64,000 nucleotides of DNA from an uncultured Planctomycetaceae bacterium (lineage in GTDB: Bacteria > Planctomycetota > UBA8742 > UBA2392): the NCBI GenBank assembly GCA_964652605.1, contig CAZZBH010000001.1, positions 12,670 to 76,669 on the forward strand. Direction: 5' to 3'. Positions 8,941 to 18,631 of the stretch are shown here, in pieces (positions within the stretch are counted from its first letter, which is position 1; each line of letters opens with the position of its first letter). Both the position numbers and the translations under genes were made by a program. Below the pieces are notes generated by a model. It worked only from the letters and a program-made list of their open reading frames with translations, did no database searches and was not told the origin of the DNA.

Positions 8941-9017
8941 TGGGTGTTGGGTCTTGGGTGTTGGGTCCAACGACACTGCGCAGTTGACCCAAGACCCAAC
9001 ACCCATCACCCAACACC
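8941..9017. repeat. intergenic hairpin with heptamer-periodic arms
   Basis: TGGGTGT TGGGTCT TGGGTGT TGGGTCC forms the left arm. A 19-bp perfect inverted repeat lies at 8941-8959 / 8987-9005. It sits just downstream of the stop (9022) of the minus-strand 9022..9831 gene. Confidence 0.85.
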
Positions 9018-9021
9018 TGCC

Positions 9022-9831
9022 CTACGGCTTGTACTCCCAGGGCGGCACGTCGGTGTCCGGCTTGGGGCCGGGCGAGTCGCGCGTGACAGCCCACGGCGGC
9101 TGTACGGTGGCTTTGGGCGTCTCGGGTTCAGGCTCCGGCGGCGGCTCGGGTTCAGGCTCAGGGGCCTGCGCTTCGGGCGGGTTGGGTTTGCGCGCGTTCA
9201 GCCAGTTGAGCAGCACCCACGCGCCGAACCCCGACGCACCCAGCAGCAGCACGAACACGAGAATGGTGGCGGCGGTGGGGCCGGGTTTTTCTTCGGGGTT
9301 GGGTGAGTCGATGGAAGTTTCCTCGAGGGGCAGCTTGCGCGCAACTTCGCCCGTGAACGACGAAACGAAATCGCGCAGGTGGCGACGCGCGGTCTGCTCC
9401 GCTAGAAGCGGGCCGAACACGCCGACGCGCACGGGCTGTGGCGAAAGCGGAAGATCGACCCAGATCATGACCTGCTGGTTGGCGCCGGCGCCAAAGGTGC
9501 TGCGTGCGCCGTAGACGTGGGTCTCCTGCCAGCGCTCGCGGATGAGCGCGGCTTCGGGGTCGCTGGGGAAGTCGGGCACTTCGTCGGCAACAACGGGAGG
9601 CTCGCGGTACGCCACGCCGATCAGGAACTGCGGCGCGCTGCCCGGAGAATGCGCGGAGGCGTAAACGTAAGCGGTTGTGATGCGAGGATCGGGCAGCGAG
9701 CCCTGCCAAGGCGCGAACCCGCTCGGCACTGTGAACGAGAACCCCGCGGGGTCAGCTATCACCTCGGCAGACAGGCAGGCGCTTCCCGTGAGAAGCAATG
9801 CAACGGCAAGATAGTTGATTCGCTTGCGCAT
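9022..9831 (-). CDS. secreted/membrane-anchored hypothetical protein with Pro/Glu-rich tail
   Basis: Signal MRKRINYLAVALLLTGSACLSA. A late TM helix (ILVFVLLLGASGFGAWVLL) is followed by a PEPEPEPPPEPEPE tail. Confidence 0.55.
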   Translation of the reverse strand: MRKRINYLAVALLLTGSACLSAEVIADPAGFSFTVPSGFAPWQGSLPDPRITTAYVYASAHSPGSAPQFLIGVAYREPPVVADEVPDFPSDPEAALIRERWQETHVYGARSTFGAGANQQVMIWVDLPLSPQPVRVGVFGPLLAEQTARRHLRDFVSSFTGEVARKLPLEETSIDSPNPEEKPGPTAATILVFVLLLGASGFGAWVLLNWLNARKPNPPEAQAPEPEPEPPPEPEPETPKATVQPPWAVTRDSPGPKPDTDVPPWEYKP

Positions 9832-9845
9832 CGGGAAACTCGGAG

Positions 9846-10856
9846 TCAGGGCCGTGTGACGGACTTGAGGGTCCACGTTTCCGTGCCGTTATTTCCCCAC
9901 AGTTCTCGCTCTATCTTTGCGTACACGAGGGGCATGTCCTTGACGGCCCATAGGGTCTGCTGCCTGGCGCCGGTGTAATGGGTATTCGACGCCGACTTGA
10001 ACCGTTTGCAGACGTATTCGGAGCCGTTGGCTGTGACTTGCTTCGACTCAACGTCCGTGGACTCTCTGTTCAGCTGGATCCAGCGAGTGCCTTCCTTCCA
10101 GTGACGTGCAACTGTTTCGGTTTTTTCGCCGTCCACGGTTTGCACCGTGAACGTGTTTTCGTCGGTGCTCGTGACGCTGCACGTGACGGTGCGCGCAAAC
10201 TTGCCTTCGACATCGTAGACCCATGATGTTCCGGGCTTCAGAAACCGCTTGGCTTCGGACTCGGTCCAAGGCGAGCGGCACCACTCGGAATCACGCTTTC
10301 GATTGGCCTCCTTGGCGGACAGCAAGTTGGTCAATGTTTGCTGCCAGTGGCGCACGGGCACCTGAACCTCGGCGAGTTTTTCCTCTTCAACCAGGATCAG
10401 CCCCGGGTAGTCGGGGGAGAGCACAAGGGACTGCATGGCTTTGCCGTCCTGGTACTCCCAGATTCGCGCGGTCATCTCGCGGCCGTCTGCGGTGATGCGG
10501 GTGTCCCTGTCGGTGAGTTTGTCGGTGTCGAAAGCAGCGATTCGGTCCGCGATGGCGTCCCAGCGGACATAGCGCCGAACGGGCGCTTGGTGAAAGTATC
10601 GCCACTCCTCCAGCGTATATCCGTTTTCGTCAGTGTTGATGACATCGGCAACCGGGCAACGGATGAACGGGCCGCTGCCGGTATACACCACGGGGTACCA
10701 GAAGTAGTTCAGCCGCATACCCGGTTGAATGAACTTCTTCGCCTCTTCGGCGCTCCAAGGCAGTTTGGGTGGCGCTTCGTCCGTTGCAACGCTGATGTTA
10801 GGTGACGCCACGCAGGCGGCACCAAGAATCACCAACGCAACGAGCCATCGATGCAT
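9846..10856 (-). CDS. secreted hypothetical protein with an internal two-fold repeat
   Basis: Start at ATG 10856 (MHRWLVALVILGAACVA). Two similar modules begin WSAEEAKKFIQPG and WTESEAKRFLKPG. The longer ORF in the track runs through a pseudogene fragment. Confidence 0.55.
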   Translation of the reverse strand: MHRWLVALVILGAACVASPNISVATDEAPPKLPWSAEEAKKFIQPGMRLNYFWYPVVYTGSGPFIRCPVADVINTDENGYTLEEWRYFHQAPVRRYVRWDAIADRIAAFDTDKLTDRDTRITADGREMTARIWEYQDGKAMQSLVLSPDYPGLILVEEEKLAEVQVPVRHWQQTLTNLLSAKEANRKRDSEWCRSPWTESEAKRFLKPGTSWVYDVEGKFARTVTCSVTSTDENTFTVQTVDGEKTETVARHWKEGTRWIQLNRESTDVESKQVTANGSEYVCKRFKSASNTHYTGARQQTLWAVKDMPLVYAKIERELWGNNGTETWTLKSVTRP

Positions 10857-10877
10857 GGACGCATTGTATCCACAGCG

Positions 10878-11001
10878 GCCTATGTTTGCAGCACGCCGGT
10901 GCGTTACTCGGGCAGGTCGGGGTTGTTGGCGGACATGGCTATGGCCTGGATCAATGCTTCGCGGGTTTCTTCCGGCTCGATGATCGCGTCCAGCCACAAC
11001 C
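10878..11001 (-). pseudogene. displaced duplicate of the carboxyltransferase 3' end
   Basis: The 124 bp match 11747-11870 with 5 mismatches, all in the last 30 nt of the coding frame. In frame it reads PE*RTGVLQT* versus PEYRTGVLQT* in the intact gene. Confidence 0.8.
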
Positions 11002-11032
11002 GGGCGCAGTACGCGGGCGCTAGCACGACGGC

Positions 11033-11383
11033 TCAGTACGGCAAATAGATGACGCGACCGTCCCAATCTGTTGGCGAACTTGCGCCGTCGGCAAGCGAGA
11101 TTTCTTCGATCGCCGTGGCGAACAAGAGCCGCTTACGCAGCACTGCCACGCCAGGCATAGGCAACCCGTCGGCTACGCGCGCATACGCCGCGTCGCGAAT
11201 CGTCGCTCGGTCTGCTGTAATCAGCACCCGGCTGTTTTGCGCCGCCCACGCCAGCACCGCGTCGTCGGAGCGCGTTCGCAACCCAACGTCTTGAGCACGA
11301 ACCAAGTCCAAATGCGGCCGAACAAGTCGAAGTCCCTTCACAAGCCGACCGTCCAGGTTTTCGTCAGTCAACCAGCGGATCAC
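11033..11383 (-). CDS. DUF5615-type PIN-like putative toxin
   Basis: 116 aa beginning MIRWLTDENLDGRLVKGL, with ...VLITADRATIRDAAY, as in the DUF5615 (Mut7-C-like) family. Its GTG start overlaps the antitoxin stop as GTGA. Confidence 0.7.
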   Translation of the reverse strand: MIRWLTDENLDGRLVKGLRLVRPHLDLVRAQDVGLRTRSDDAVLAWAAQNSRVLITADRATIRDAAYARVADGLPMPGVAVLRKRLLFATAIEEISLADGASSPTDWDGRVIYLPY

Positions 11384-11724
11384 GGCGCGGCCTTACGGCG
11401 GGCCGCGAGGCGGGCGCGCAGATCATCGAGATCCGCATTGCGCGCGTCGGAGTCACGCTCGGCGATATCGCCAAGCTTCTCGCGTTCGGCGACGTACTTG
11501 TCCACTGCTTCCCGGTGGCGAAGGTAATAGGCGATTACAGCGTAAACGTCCGCAAGCGCGAGCGTGTCGTAACGCTCCACGATCTGTTCCGGCGTCGCGC
11601 CTTGATGGTACGCGTCGATGACCAGTTCCAGCAGAATCCTGCTTTTGCCGACACGGAACACGCCCGCGGGCTCCTCGCGGAGCGGCGGCGCTTCTGGTTT
11701 CGCAACGATCAACGTGGCGGTCAT
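11380..11724 (-). CDS. DUF433-type putative antitoxin
   Basis: 114 aa. RVGKSRILLELVIDAYHQGATPEQIVERYDTLALADVYAVIAYY is typical of DUF433, the usual partner of DUF5615. Confidence 0.7.
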   Translation of the reverse strand: MTATLIVAKPEAPPLREEPAGVFRVGKSRILLELVIDAYHQGATPEQIVERYDTLALADVYAVIAYYLRHREAVDKYVAEREKLGDIAERDSDARNADLDDLRARLAARRKAAP

Positions 11725-11748
11725 GACGCAATTGTACCATCTATGAGC

Positions 11749-13458
11749 CTATGTCTGTAAGACGCCGGTGCGGTACTCGGGCAGGTCGGGGTTGTTGGCG
11801 GACATGGCTATGGCCTGGATCAATGCTTCGCGGGTTTCTTCCGGCTCGATGATCGCGTCCAGCCACAACCTGGCTGCGCCGTAGGCCGGGGCCATGGCGT
11901 CGGTGTAGCGCTTCTTGATGTCGGCTAGCAGTTTGCCCTTGTCTTCGTCGCTGACTTCTTTGCCCTGCGCCTTCAGCTTGCTGATTTGCAGGGTGAGCAG
12001 CGTGTTCGCCGCCGCGTCGCCGCCCATCACCGCGTAGCGCGCGCTGGGCCATGCTGCGATATAGCGCGGGCGGTACGCGCGGCCGCACATGGCGTAGTGG
12101 CCTGCGCCGAAGCTGCCGCCGACGATGATGCTGAACTTGGGCACCACGCTGTTCGCCATCGCGTTCACCATCTTGGCGCCCTTGCGGATGATGCCGTTGT
12201 GCTCGCTTTCCGGCCCCACCATGAACCCGTTTACATCGTGCAGAAACACCAGCGGCACGCCGAGCTGGTTGCAGTCCATGATAAACCGCGCGGCTTTATC
12301 GGCGGCGTCGTGGTAGATCACGCCGCCGGTTTCCCAGGGCTTATCCTTGTGGCGGATCGTTTCTTTCTGGTTCGCGACAATGCCGACGGCCCAACCGCCG
12401 ATGCGCGCATAGCCGCAGATCAGCGTCTTGCCGTAATCAGGCTTGTATTCATGGAACTCGCTGGCATCGACAATGCGGGCGATCACGTCGAGCATTTCGT
12501 AGCCCGCGTTGGCGTTCGCCGGAATAATCCCCCGCAGCTCTTTGGGGTCATACACCGGCTCGCGCGGTGCCTCGAAGTTGAACGGCGCTTTCGGCCGCGC
12601 AGCCATCATGCCGACCAACGAACGAATCTTGTCGATGCACTCTTCATCTGTTTTGAGCACGTAGTCCGCAGTGCCGGACTTCTCGGCGTGCACGCGGGCG
12701 CCCCCTATCTCCTCGTTAGTAACATCAGCCGCCGTGGTCTTGGCTGCGCGCGCCAGTGCAGCCGCCGCGAGGTACATGCCGCTGCCTTCGGTCATCAGGA
12801 CGTGGTCGCACAGCACCGGCAGGTACGCGCCGCCGGCGACACACAGGCCCATGACTGCGGCGATCTGCGGAATGCCGGAAGCGGTGATGCGCGCGGCGTA
12901 ATCGAACACTTTGCCGAAGTCGTCTTTGTCCGGAAAAACCTCATCCTGTAGAGGAAGAAACACGCCGGCTGAATCCACGAGGTAGATCAGCGGCAGGTGA
13001 TTTTCCATCGCCACGCGCTGCGCGCGCAGCACCTTCTTGCTGGTCATGGGGCAGAACGCGCCGGCTTTGATCGTGCTGTCGTTGACCACCACCATGACGT
13101 CGCGGCCCTGCACCTTGCCGACGCCGGTGATGACGTTGGCGCTGGGGATGCCCCATTCGTCGTACATGCCCAAGCCGCCGTACAGGCCGTACTCGAGAAA
13201 CGGCGTGCCGGCATCCAACAGCCGCACCACGCGCTCGCGCGGCGGCAGCAGCCCTGCATCCTGTTTCTTGGCAATCGCCTTCGGGCCGCCCCCCTGGCGC
13301 AGCTTGTCGGCGAGCTTGCGGTGACCGTCACATAACGCGTTCATGGCTTCGACGTTCTTCTTCCAACCGTCGGAGTCCATTCGTGCCTTGCTGACCTTGT
13401 TGGGGATACGGTCAGCGGGCACCTGAAAAGCGGCTCTTGTTGCTGATTTCACGCTCAT
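11749..13458 (-). CDS. acyl-CoA carboxylase carboxyltransferase (beta) subunit, methylcrotonyl/propionyl-CoA type
   Basis: About 569 aa with two crotonase-like halves. Conserved stretches are LPLIYLVDSAGVFLP, GGAYLPVLCDHVLM, VPLVFLHDVNGFMVG and GGSFGAGHYAMCG. Confidence 0.85.
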   Translation of the reverse strand: MSVKSATRAAFQVPADRIPNKVSKARMDSDGWKKNVEAMNALCDGHRKLADKLRQGGGPKAIAKKQDAGLLPPRERVVRLLDAGTPFLEYGLYGGLGMYDEWGIPSANVITGVGKVQGRDVMVVVNDSTIKAGAFCPMTSKKVLRAQRVAMENHLPLIYLVDSAGVFLPLQDEVFPDKDDFGKVFDYAARITASGIPQIAAVMGLCVAGGAYLPVLCDHVLMTEGSGMYLAAAALARAAKTTAADVTNEEIGGARVHAEKSGTADYVLKTDEECIDKIRSLVGMMAARPKAPFNFEAPREPVYDPKELRGIIPANANAGYEMLDVIARIVDASEFHEYKPDYGKTLICGYARIGGWAVGIVANQKETIRHKDKPWETGGVIYHDAADKAARFIMDCNQLGVPLVFLHDVNGFMVGPESEHNGIIRKGAKMVNAMANSVVPKFSIIVGGSFGAGHYAMCGRAYRPRYIAAWPSARYAVMGGDAAANTLLTLQISKLKAQGKEVSDEDKGKLLADIKKRYTDAMAPAYGAARLWLDAIIEPEETREALIQAIAMSANNPDLPEYRTGVLQT

Positions 13459-13559
13459 GTCGCCCTGACTTTGCAAGGGCGGGATTGTATCGCGTGCTTT
13501 GGCCGCCGCAACGCGGATCATACTTGCGCCGTGTGAATGGCGCGGTCATCTTGCCGGGC

Positions 13560-16226
13560 ATGGATGGGCACAGACAGGCTTGGCATTGCATCGGCCCGCA
13601 ACAGGTGCTGGCTGCGCAGGCTGTGACTGATTCCGGCCTTGCAACAGCCGACGCCGCTGACCGGCTGGCGCGGTACGGACCCAACGAACTGCCCCATAAA
13701 AAGCCGCCACCGTTCTGGCTGGTCTTTATCCGCCAGTTCAACAGCCCGCTGATCTACATTCTGGCCGCCGCGGCTGTGTTCTCGATCGTGGCAACCGAAT
13801 ACGCCGACGCCGGGTTTATAGCGGCGGTGCTGATGGTGAACGCTGTCATCGGCAGCATTCAGGAGTGGCGGGCTGAGAAAGCCAGTCAGGCATTGCAGAA
13901 GCTGATCGTCACCCGTGCCACCGTGATTCGTGACGGCGAAAGCCTTGAACTGCCGGCCCGCGAGATCGTGCCCGGCGACATCGTCATGCTCGAAAGCGGC
14001 AACCGCGTACCTGCAGACTTGCGGCTGCTGGGCGCCCACGGGCTTGAAACAGACGAGTCGCTGCTGACCGGCGAATCCCTGCCGGTCCTGAAGGATCCCG
14101 CCTGGGTGGGGCATGAGCGATCGACCCTGGGCGACAGGCGCAACATGTGCCACGCGGGCAGCGTCGTCGTGCGCGGGAGGGGCCGGGGTGTGGTGGTCGC
14201 CACCGGCGCGGATACCTCAGTAGGAGAGCTGGCGCTGGACGTCAGTGCGCCGGGTGCCGGCAAGCCGCCGCTGCTGGTGCGCCTTGAGCGGTTCACGAAA
14301 CTGATCGGCATCCTGGTGCTGGGCGCGGCGCTGATCGTCGCGCTGCTGGGTGTGCTGGTCCAGAACAAGCCGGCAGGCGAGATGTTCATGGCAGCGGTCG
14401 CGCTGGCGGTCAGCGCCATCCCGGAAGGCCTGCCGGTCACATTGACCGTAGTGCTGGCGATTGCGACAGCGCGCATGGCGCGGCGCGGCGTGGTGGTGCG
14501 CAAGCTGGCAGCAGTGGAAGGGCTGGGCAGTTGCACCCTGATCGCCAGCGACAAGACCGGAACCCTGACTTGCAACGAGTTGACCGTCCAGCGCGTGATG
14601 CTGCCCGACGAGCACGAGCTTGAAGTAACCGGCGTAGGCTACACGCCCAGGGGCACAGTCGAGGGCGAGGGCGGCGAGCCGCTGGCTGCCCTGGCGCGCG
14701 CCTGCGCCTTGTGCAACGAGGGAAGCCTGCACCGCTCCGGCGATGAGTGGCACTGGCGCGGCGACCCGACCGACATCGCATTGCTGGCGTTCGGCATCAA
14801 GGCCGGTGTCAGCCATGAGACACTCGAGGTTTCTCTGCCGCAGGTCAACCAGATCCCGTTTGAGCCTGAGCGCAAGTATGCCGCCACCTTCCACCGCGAC
14901 GGCCCTCGCACCCTGTGCTGCATAAAGGGCGCGCCGGAGCGCGTGCTGGAAATGTGCGCGTGGAAAGACCGCAACGCAGAATCGGCCTTGGCCGAAGCGG
15001 CTTCGCGCCTTGCGGCCCGGGGTTACCGCGTACTGGGTGTGGCGCAGGCGCACGTGGCTACGGTGGATGAAAGCCAGGCACCGCCCGAGCCTGGCGGGCT
15101 GAGCTTTCTCGGCTTCGTCTGCATGATCGACCCCTTGCGCGAAGGCGTGAAGCAGGCCGTCGCAGACTGCCGCAAAGCGGGCATCACGGTCGCGATGGTT
15201 ACAGGAGACCACCCGGTGACGGCGCTCGCGATCGCCAGGGACCTGGGGATGGCCACCGAGACGTCGCAGGTGCTGACCGGCGGCGAGATTGAGGACATGG
15301 CGGAAGTAGAGCTGCGCGAGCGCATGAAACTCACGCGCGTGTTCGCCCGCACGAGCCCGCAGCAGAAGCTGCGCATCGTGACGGCAGCGCGACAGGCCGG
15401 GCACTTCGTGGCTGTCACCGGCGACGGCGTCAACGACGCGCCCGCCATGCGCAACGCCAACATCGGCGTGGCGATGGGCAAGTCAGGCACGGACGTTGCC
15501 CGCGAAGCCGCAGAGCTGGTGATCAGCGACGATAACTTCGCGACCATCGTTGGCGGGGTAGAGGAAGGGCGTGTCGCCTACGACAACCTGCGCAAGGTGA
15601 TCTTCCTGCTGGTAAGCACCGGCGCGGCCGAAGTCGTGCTGGTAATGCTGGCTGTTGGCACCGGCTACCCGCTGCCGCTGCTGCCGGTGCAGTTGCTGTG
15701 GCTGAATCTGGTCACGAACGGGATTCAGGACAAGGCACTGGCCTTTGAACCCAAAGAAGGCGACGTGCTGGACCGACCGCCGAAACCGCCCAACGAGAGA
15801 ATATTTAACCGCATCATGATTGAGCGCCTCCTGCTGTCGGCTGCCGTCATGGGCGTTGCCGGGTTTGTCCTGTTTGCCTGGTTGCTGAACGCCGGGTGGG
15901 AGGAAGCGGCGGCGCGAAACGTGGTGCTGCTGCTGTTTGTGCTGTTCGAGAACGTACACATCGGCAACGCTCGAAGTGAAACGCGAAGCCTGTTCACCTT
16001 GTCGCCCTTTAAGAATCGCTTCCTGCTGTTGTGTGCAGCTGGCGCGTTCGGCCTGCATTTCGCGTGCTTGTACCTGCCGCCGATGCAGAAGCTGTTGGGC
16101 ACGCAGCCCGTCGATCTGGGCACCTGGATGCTGCTGGGCTGCATCGCACTGTTGCTGCCAGCCGCCATGGAACTTCACAAACTGGCCCGGCGCCGCGCGC
16201 GTGTGGCTGCATCGGCCCGGGGGTAA
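13560..16226 (+). CDS. cation-transporting P-type ATPase (type II, Ca2+/Mg2+-like)
   Basis: Motifs TGES, PEGLPVTLTV, DKTGTLT, MVTGDHPVTA and TGDGVNDAPAM, with 10 predicted TM segments. ATG 13560 was chosen as the start. Confidence 0.9.
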   Translation: MDGHRQAWHCIGPQQVLAAQAVTDSGLATADAADRLARYGPNELPHKKPPPFWLVFIRQFNSPLIYILAAAAVFSIVATEYADAGFIAAVLMVNAVIGSIQEWRAEKASQALQKLIVTRATVIRDGESLELPAREIVPGDIVMLESGNRVPADLRLLGAHGLETDESLLTGESLPVLKDPAWVGHERSTLGDRRNMCHAGSVVVRGRGRGVVVATGADTSVGELALDVSAPGAGKPPLLVRLERFTKLIGILVLGAALIVALLGVLVQNKPAGEMFMAAVALAVSAIPEGLPVTLTVVLAIATARMARRGVVVRKLAAVEGLGSCTLIASDKTGTLTCNELTVQRVMLPDEHELEVTGVGYTPRGTVEGEGGEPLAALARACALCNEGSLHRSGDEWHWRGDPTDIALLAFGIKAGVSHETLEVSLPQVNQIPFEPERKYAATFHRDGPRTLCCIKGAPERVLEMCAWKDRNAESALAEAASRLAARGYRVLGVAQAHVATVDESQAPPEPGGLSFLGFVCMIDPLREGVKQAVADCRKAGITVAMVTGDHPVTALAIARDLGMATETSQVLTGGEIEDMAEVELRERMKLTRVFARTSPQQKLRIVTAARQAGHFVAVTGDGVNDAPAMRNANIGVAMGKSGTDVAREAAELVISDDNFATIVGGVEEGRVAYDNLRKVIFLLVSTGAAEVVLVMLAVGTGYPLPLLPVQLLWLNLVTNGIQDKALAFEPKEGDVLDRPPKPPNERIFNRIMIERLLLSAAVMGVAGFVLFAWLLNAGWEEAAARNVVLLLFVLFENVHIGNARSETRSLFTLSPFKNRFLLLCAAGAFGLHFACLYLPPMQKLLGTQPVDLGTWMLLGCIALLLPAAMELHKLARRRARVAASARG

Positions 16227-16430
16227 ATTCACCCGGTGACTTGAATGCCGCCCCGTGCAGGCGCGTAGCCGGATCCTAACGGCTGGGCAAGCGCGCCACT
16301 CGGCGACATTCTGCGACTATCGGTGTTGGTGCGCACGACACGGTGTTGGCGTGAACCGCGTCACTTCGTATCGTGCTATGGGGGTTCGGGCTTGGCAGAC
16401 TTCGACAACCCGGGGCAGGCAGGTGGTCGC

Positions 16431-18557
16431 GTGGGATTGCGGGCACGAGGTCTTTTCAGGCGCGGATCGCCGCTGCTACTGATGCTGCTTTTCCTCGCAG
16501 CGAGCGCGGCGTGGATTCTCATAACAGACGGCATCGTGGAAGCGATGGCCGAAGGCAACGGCGTCGCCGAGGCCTCGCGCTGGCAGACCGCCAAGGGCAT
16601 GGCCTATGTGTTCGGGGCCGGCGCGATCCTGTTTGTGCTGTTGATGCTGCGCGAGCGCAGTGTCAGGGCAGCCGAGGCAGCCGAAGCCAGAGAGGCATTG
16701 CGTACCGCGCTGCTCGCGGATTCCGGCTTGATTGGCATCTACACCTGGCATCCGGGTGGCACCATCCATGATCCGAACGACAAGTTCCTTGAAATCACCG
16801 GCTACACGCGCGAAGACTACGCCAGCGGGCGCTTGATCTGGCGCAGCATGCTTCCGGAGCAGGAAGTACAAAGATTCAAGGCACTCGTTGAGCAGATCGA
16901 CAAACACGGAAGCATCGACCCGACCGAGCTGCAAATTTGCCGCAAGGACGAAACCGTCGGCCACATCGTGATCTGGGGTGCGCGACTTTCTGACGGCACG
17001 GGCTTTGCCGCTGCCATTGATGTCACGCCGATCCGCCAGGCGCAGGAAGCCGCCCGTGTCGCCGAGCATCGCTACCGGTTGGTCGTCGAGTATTCAAGCG
17101 ATGCCGTGGTGCTGTGCGACGGCAACGGCCGGGCGAGCTTCGCCAGCCCCGCCATCGCCAAACTGACCGGTTACACGCCCGAGGAATTCGGCCAGGTTGA
17201 CTATAGCACCTGTATCCACCCCGCAGATCTGGACAAGTTCCTGGCGTCGCACGCGCGTGCAATGGCATCGCGCGGTGGCACCAGCAGCGTGACACACCGC
17301 TTTCGGCGCAAAGATGGCGAGTGGGTGTGGCTGGAAACCACCAACATCAACTGGATGGATGAGCCGGGAATCAATGCACTGGTGGGCAACGTCCGCGACA
17401 TCACCGAGCGCGTCAACCTTCAGCACCAGTTGAACCACGCCTCGCGCATGGAAGGCATCGGGCGGCTGGCGGGCGGCGTCGCGCACGACTTTAACAACCT
17501 GCTGACGGCGATCACGGGCTACGCGCAGTTGCTTGAGGCGCGACTTGAGCATGACTCGGTCGCCAGTTCACAGGCGCAGCGCATTCTGGACGCGGCGGGG
17601 CGCGCGACTGAGCTGACCCGGCAACTGCTGGCGTTTTCGCGCAAGCAGATTCTTCAACCCGTAGTCATGGACCTCAATACGCGCGTAGAGGGCATGCAGT
17701 CGCTGCTTCGCCACATCATTGGCGAAGACATCGAGCTCAAGATCAGCGCCCACAAAGACTTGAAGATGGTCCATGCCGATCCCGCACAGCTTGACCAGGT
17801 GATCATGAACCTTGCCGTAAACGCGCGAGATGCCATGCCCAAGGGGGGCAGACTGACAGTCGAGACGCAGAACGTGTTGCTCGATGAAAGCTACTGCAAG
17901 CTGCACCCCGACGTCCTGGCAGGCGAATACGTCATGCTGACGGTGACCGACACCGGTGTCGGCATGGACGCAGCCACCCGCAGCCGAGTGTTTGAGCCGT
18001 TCTTCACCACCAAGGGCCCCGGCAAAGGCACGGGGCTTGGCCTTTCGACAGTGTACGGCATCGTGCGGCAGTCGCGCGGCCACGTCTGGCTTTACAGCGA
18101 GCCCGGCAAGGGAACGGTCTTCAAGGTTTACCTGCCGGCGACGGAAGGCAAAGACCAGACCAGTCCTGAGCCAATGCCGGAAATGCCTGTCGCCGGTAGC
18201 GAAACCGTGCTGGTTGCCGAGGATGAGGATGCGGTAAGGACGCTCGTGACCGAGGTGCTGTCCATGGCGGGCTATAACGTGCTGCCCGCCGAGAACGGCC
18301 AGAAGGCACTGGAAATGCTGGACGGGGATACGCCGTCGCTGCTGCTGACCGACGTTGTCATGCCCGGGATGAGCGGCGCCGAGCTTGCCAACCGCGTGCA
18401 GGCAAGCCACCCCGACATCAAGGTGATCTATATGTCCGGCTACACCGACGAAGCCATCGTCGATCAGGGCATGCTTGCGGAAGGGGTTGAGTTTATCCAG
18501 AAGCCGTTCAGCCCGAACAACCTGCTGCGCCGTGTGCGCAGTGTGCTCGACCCGTAA
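16431..18557 (+). CDS. hybrid sensor histidine kinase (2 TM, PAS x2-3, HisKA, HATPase, receiver)
   Basis: H-box GGVAHDFNNLL, N/G boxes NLAVNARDAM and DTGVGMD / GTGLGLS, and a C-terminal receiver (VLVAEDED...LLLTDVVMPGMSG...K). The start is uncertain; the ORF is open from 16323. Confidence 0.85.
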   Translation: MGLRARGLFRRGSPLLLMLLFLAASAAWILITDGIVEAMAEGNGVAEASRWQTAKGMAYVFGAGAILFVLLMLRERSVRAAEAAEAREALRTALLADSGLIGIYTWHPGGTIHDPNDKFLEITGYTREDYASGRLIWRSMLPEQEVQRFKALVEQIDKHGSIDPTELQICRKDETVGHIVIWGARLSDGTGFAAAIDVTPIRQAQEAARVAEHRYRLVVEYSSDAVVLCDGNGRASFASPAIAKLTGYTPEEFGQVDYSTCIHPADLDKFLASHARAMASRGGTSSVTHRFRRKDGEWVWLETTNINWMDEPGINALVGNVRDITERVNLQHQLNHASRMEGIGRLAGGVAHDFNNLLTAITGYAQLLEARLEHDSVASSQAQRILDAAGRATELTRQLLAFSRKQILQPVVMDLNTRVEGMQSLLRHIIGEDIELKISAHKDLKMVHADPAQLDQVIMNLAVNARDAMPKGGRLTVETQNVLLDESYCKLHPDVLAGEYVMLTVTDTGVGMDAATRSRVFEPFFTTKGPGKGTGLGLSTVYGIVRQSRGHVWLYSEPGKGTVFKVYLPATEGKDQTSPEPMPEMPVAGSETVLVAEDEDAVRTLVTEVLSMAGYNVLPAENGQKALEMLDGDTPSLLLTDVVMPGMSGAELANRVQASHPDIKVIYMSGYTDEAIVDQGMLAEGVEFIQKPFSPNNLLRRVRSVLDP

Positions 18558-18579
18558 CGCAACTAATTTGCATTACCAG

Positions 18580-18608
18580 TTGACGCTAACGCAAGCAGCT
18601 TGCATAAA
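18580..18608 (+). promoter_or_regulatory. sigma70-like promoter candidate
   Basis: TTGACG (18580-18585), 17 nt, CATAAA (18603-18608), then an AGGAGG RBS and the ATG at 18632. Confidence 0.3.
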
Positions 18609-18631
18609 CCTCGCCTCAATCAGGAGGGTTC

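Larger units (their letters stand above)
10878..11870 (-). mobile_element. putative inserted toxin-antitoxin cassette bounded by 124-bp direct repeats (869-bp period)
   Basis: Direct repeats 10878-11001 and 11747-11870 flank only the DUF433/DUF5615 gene pair. No recombinase lies inside. Confidence 0.5.

Noticed and set aside
10857-11066. N-terminal extension of the 9846.. ORF (406 aa in the track)
   Set aside because: The extension reads through the displaced carboxyltransferase 3' fragment in another frame. The ATG at 10856 gives a proper signal peptide.
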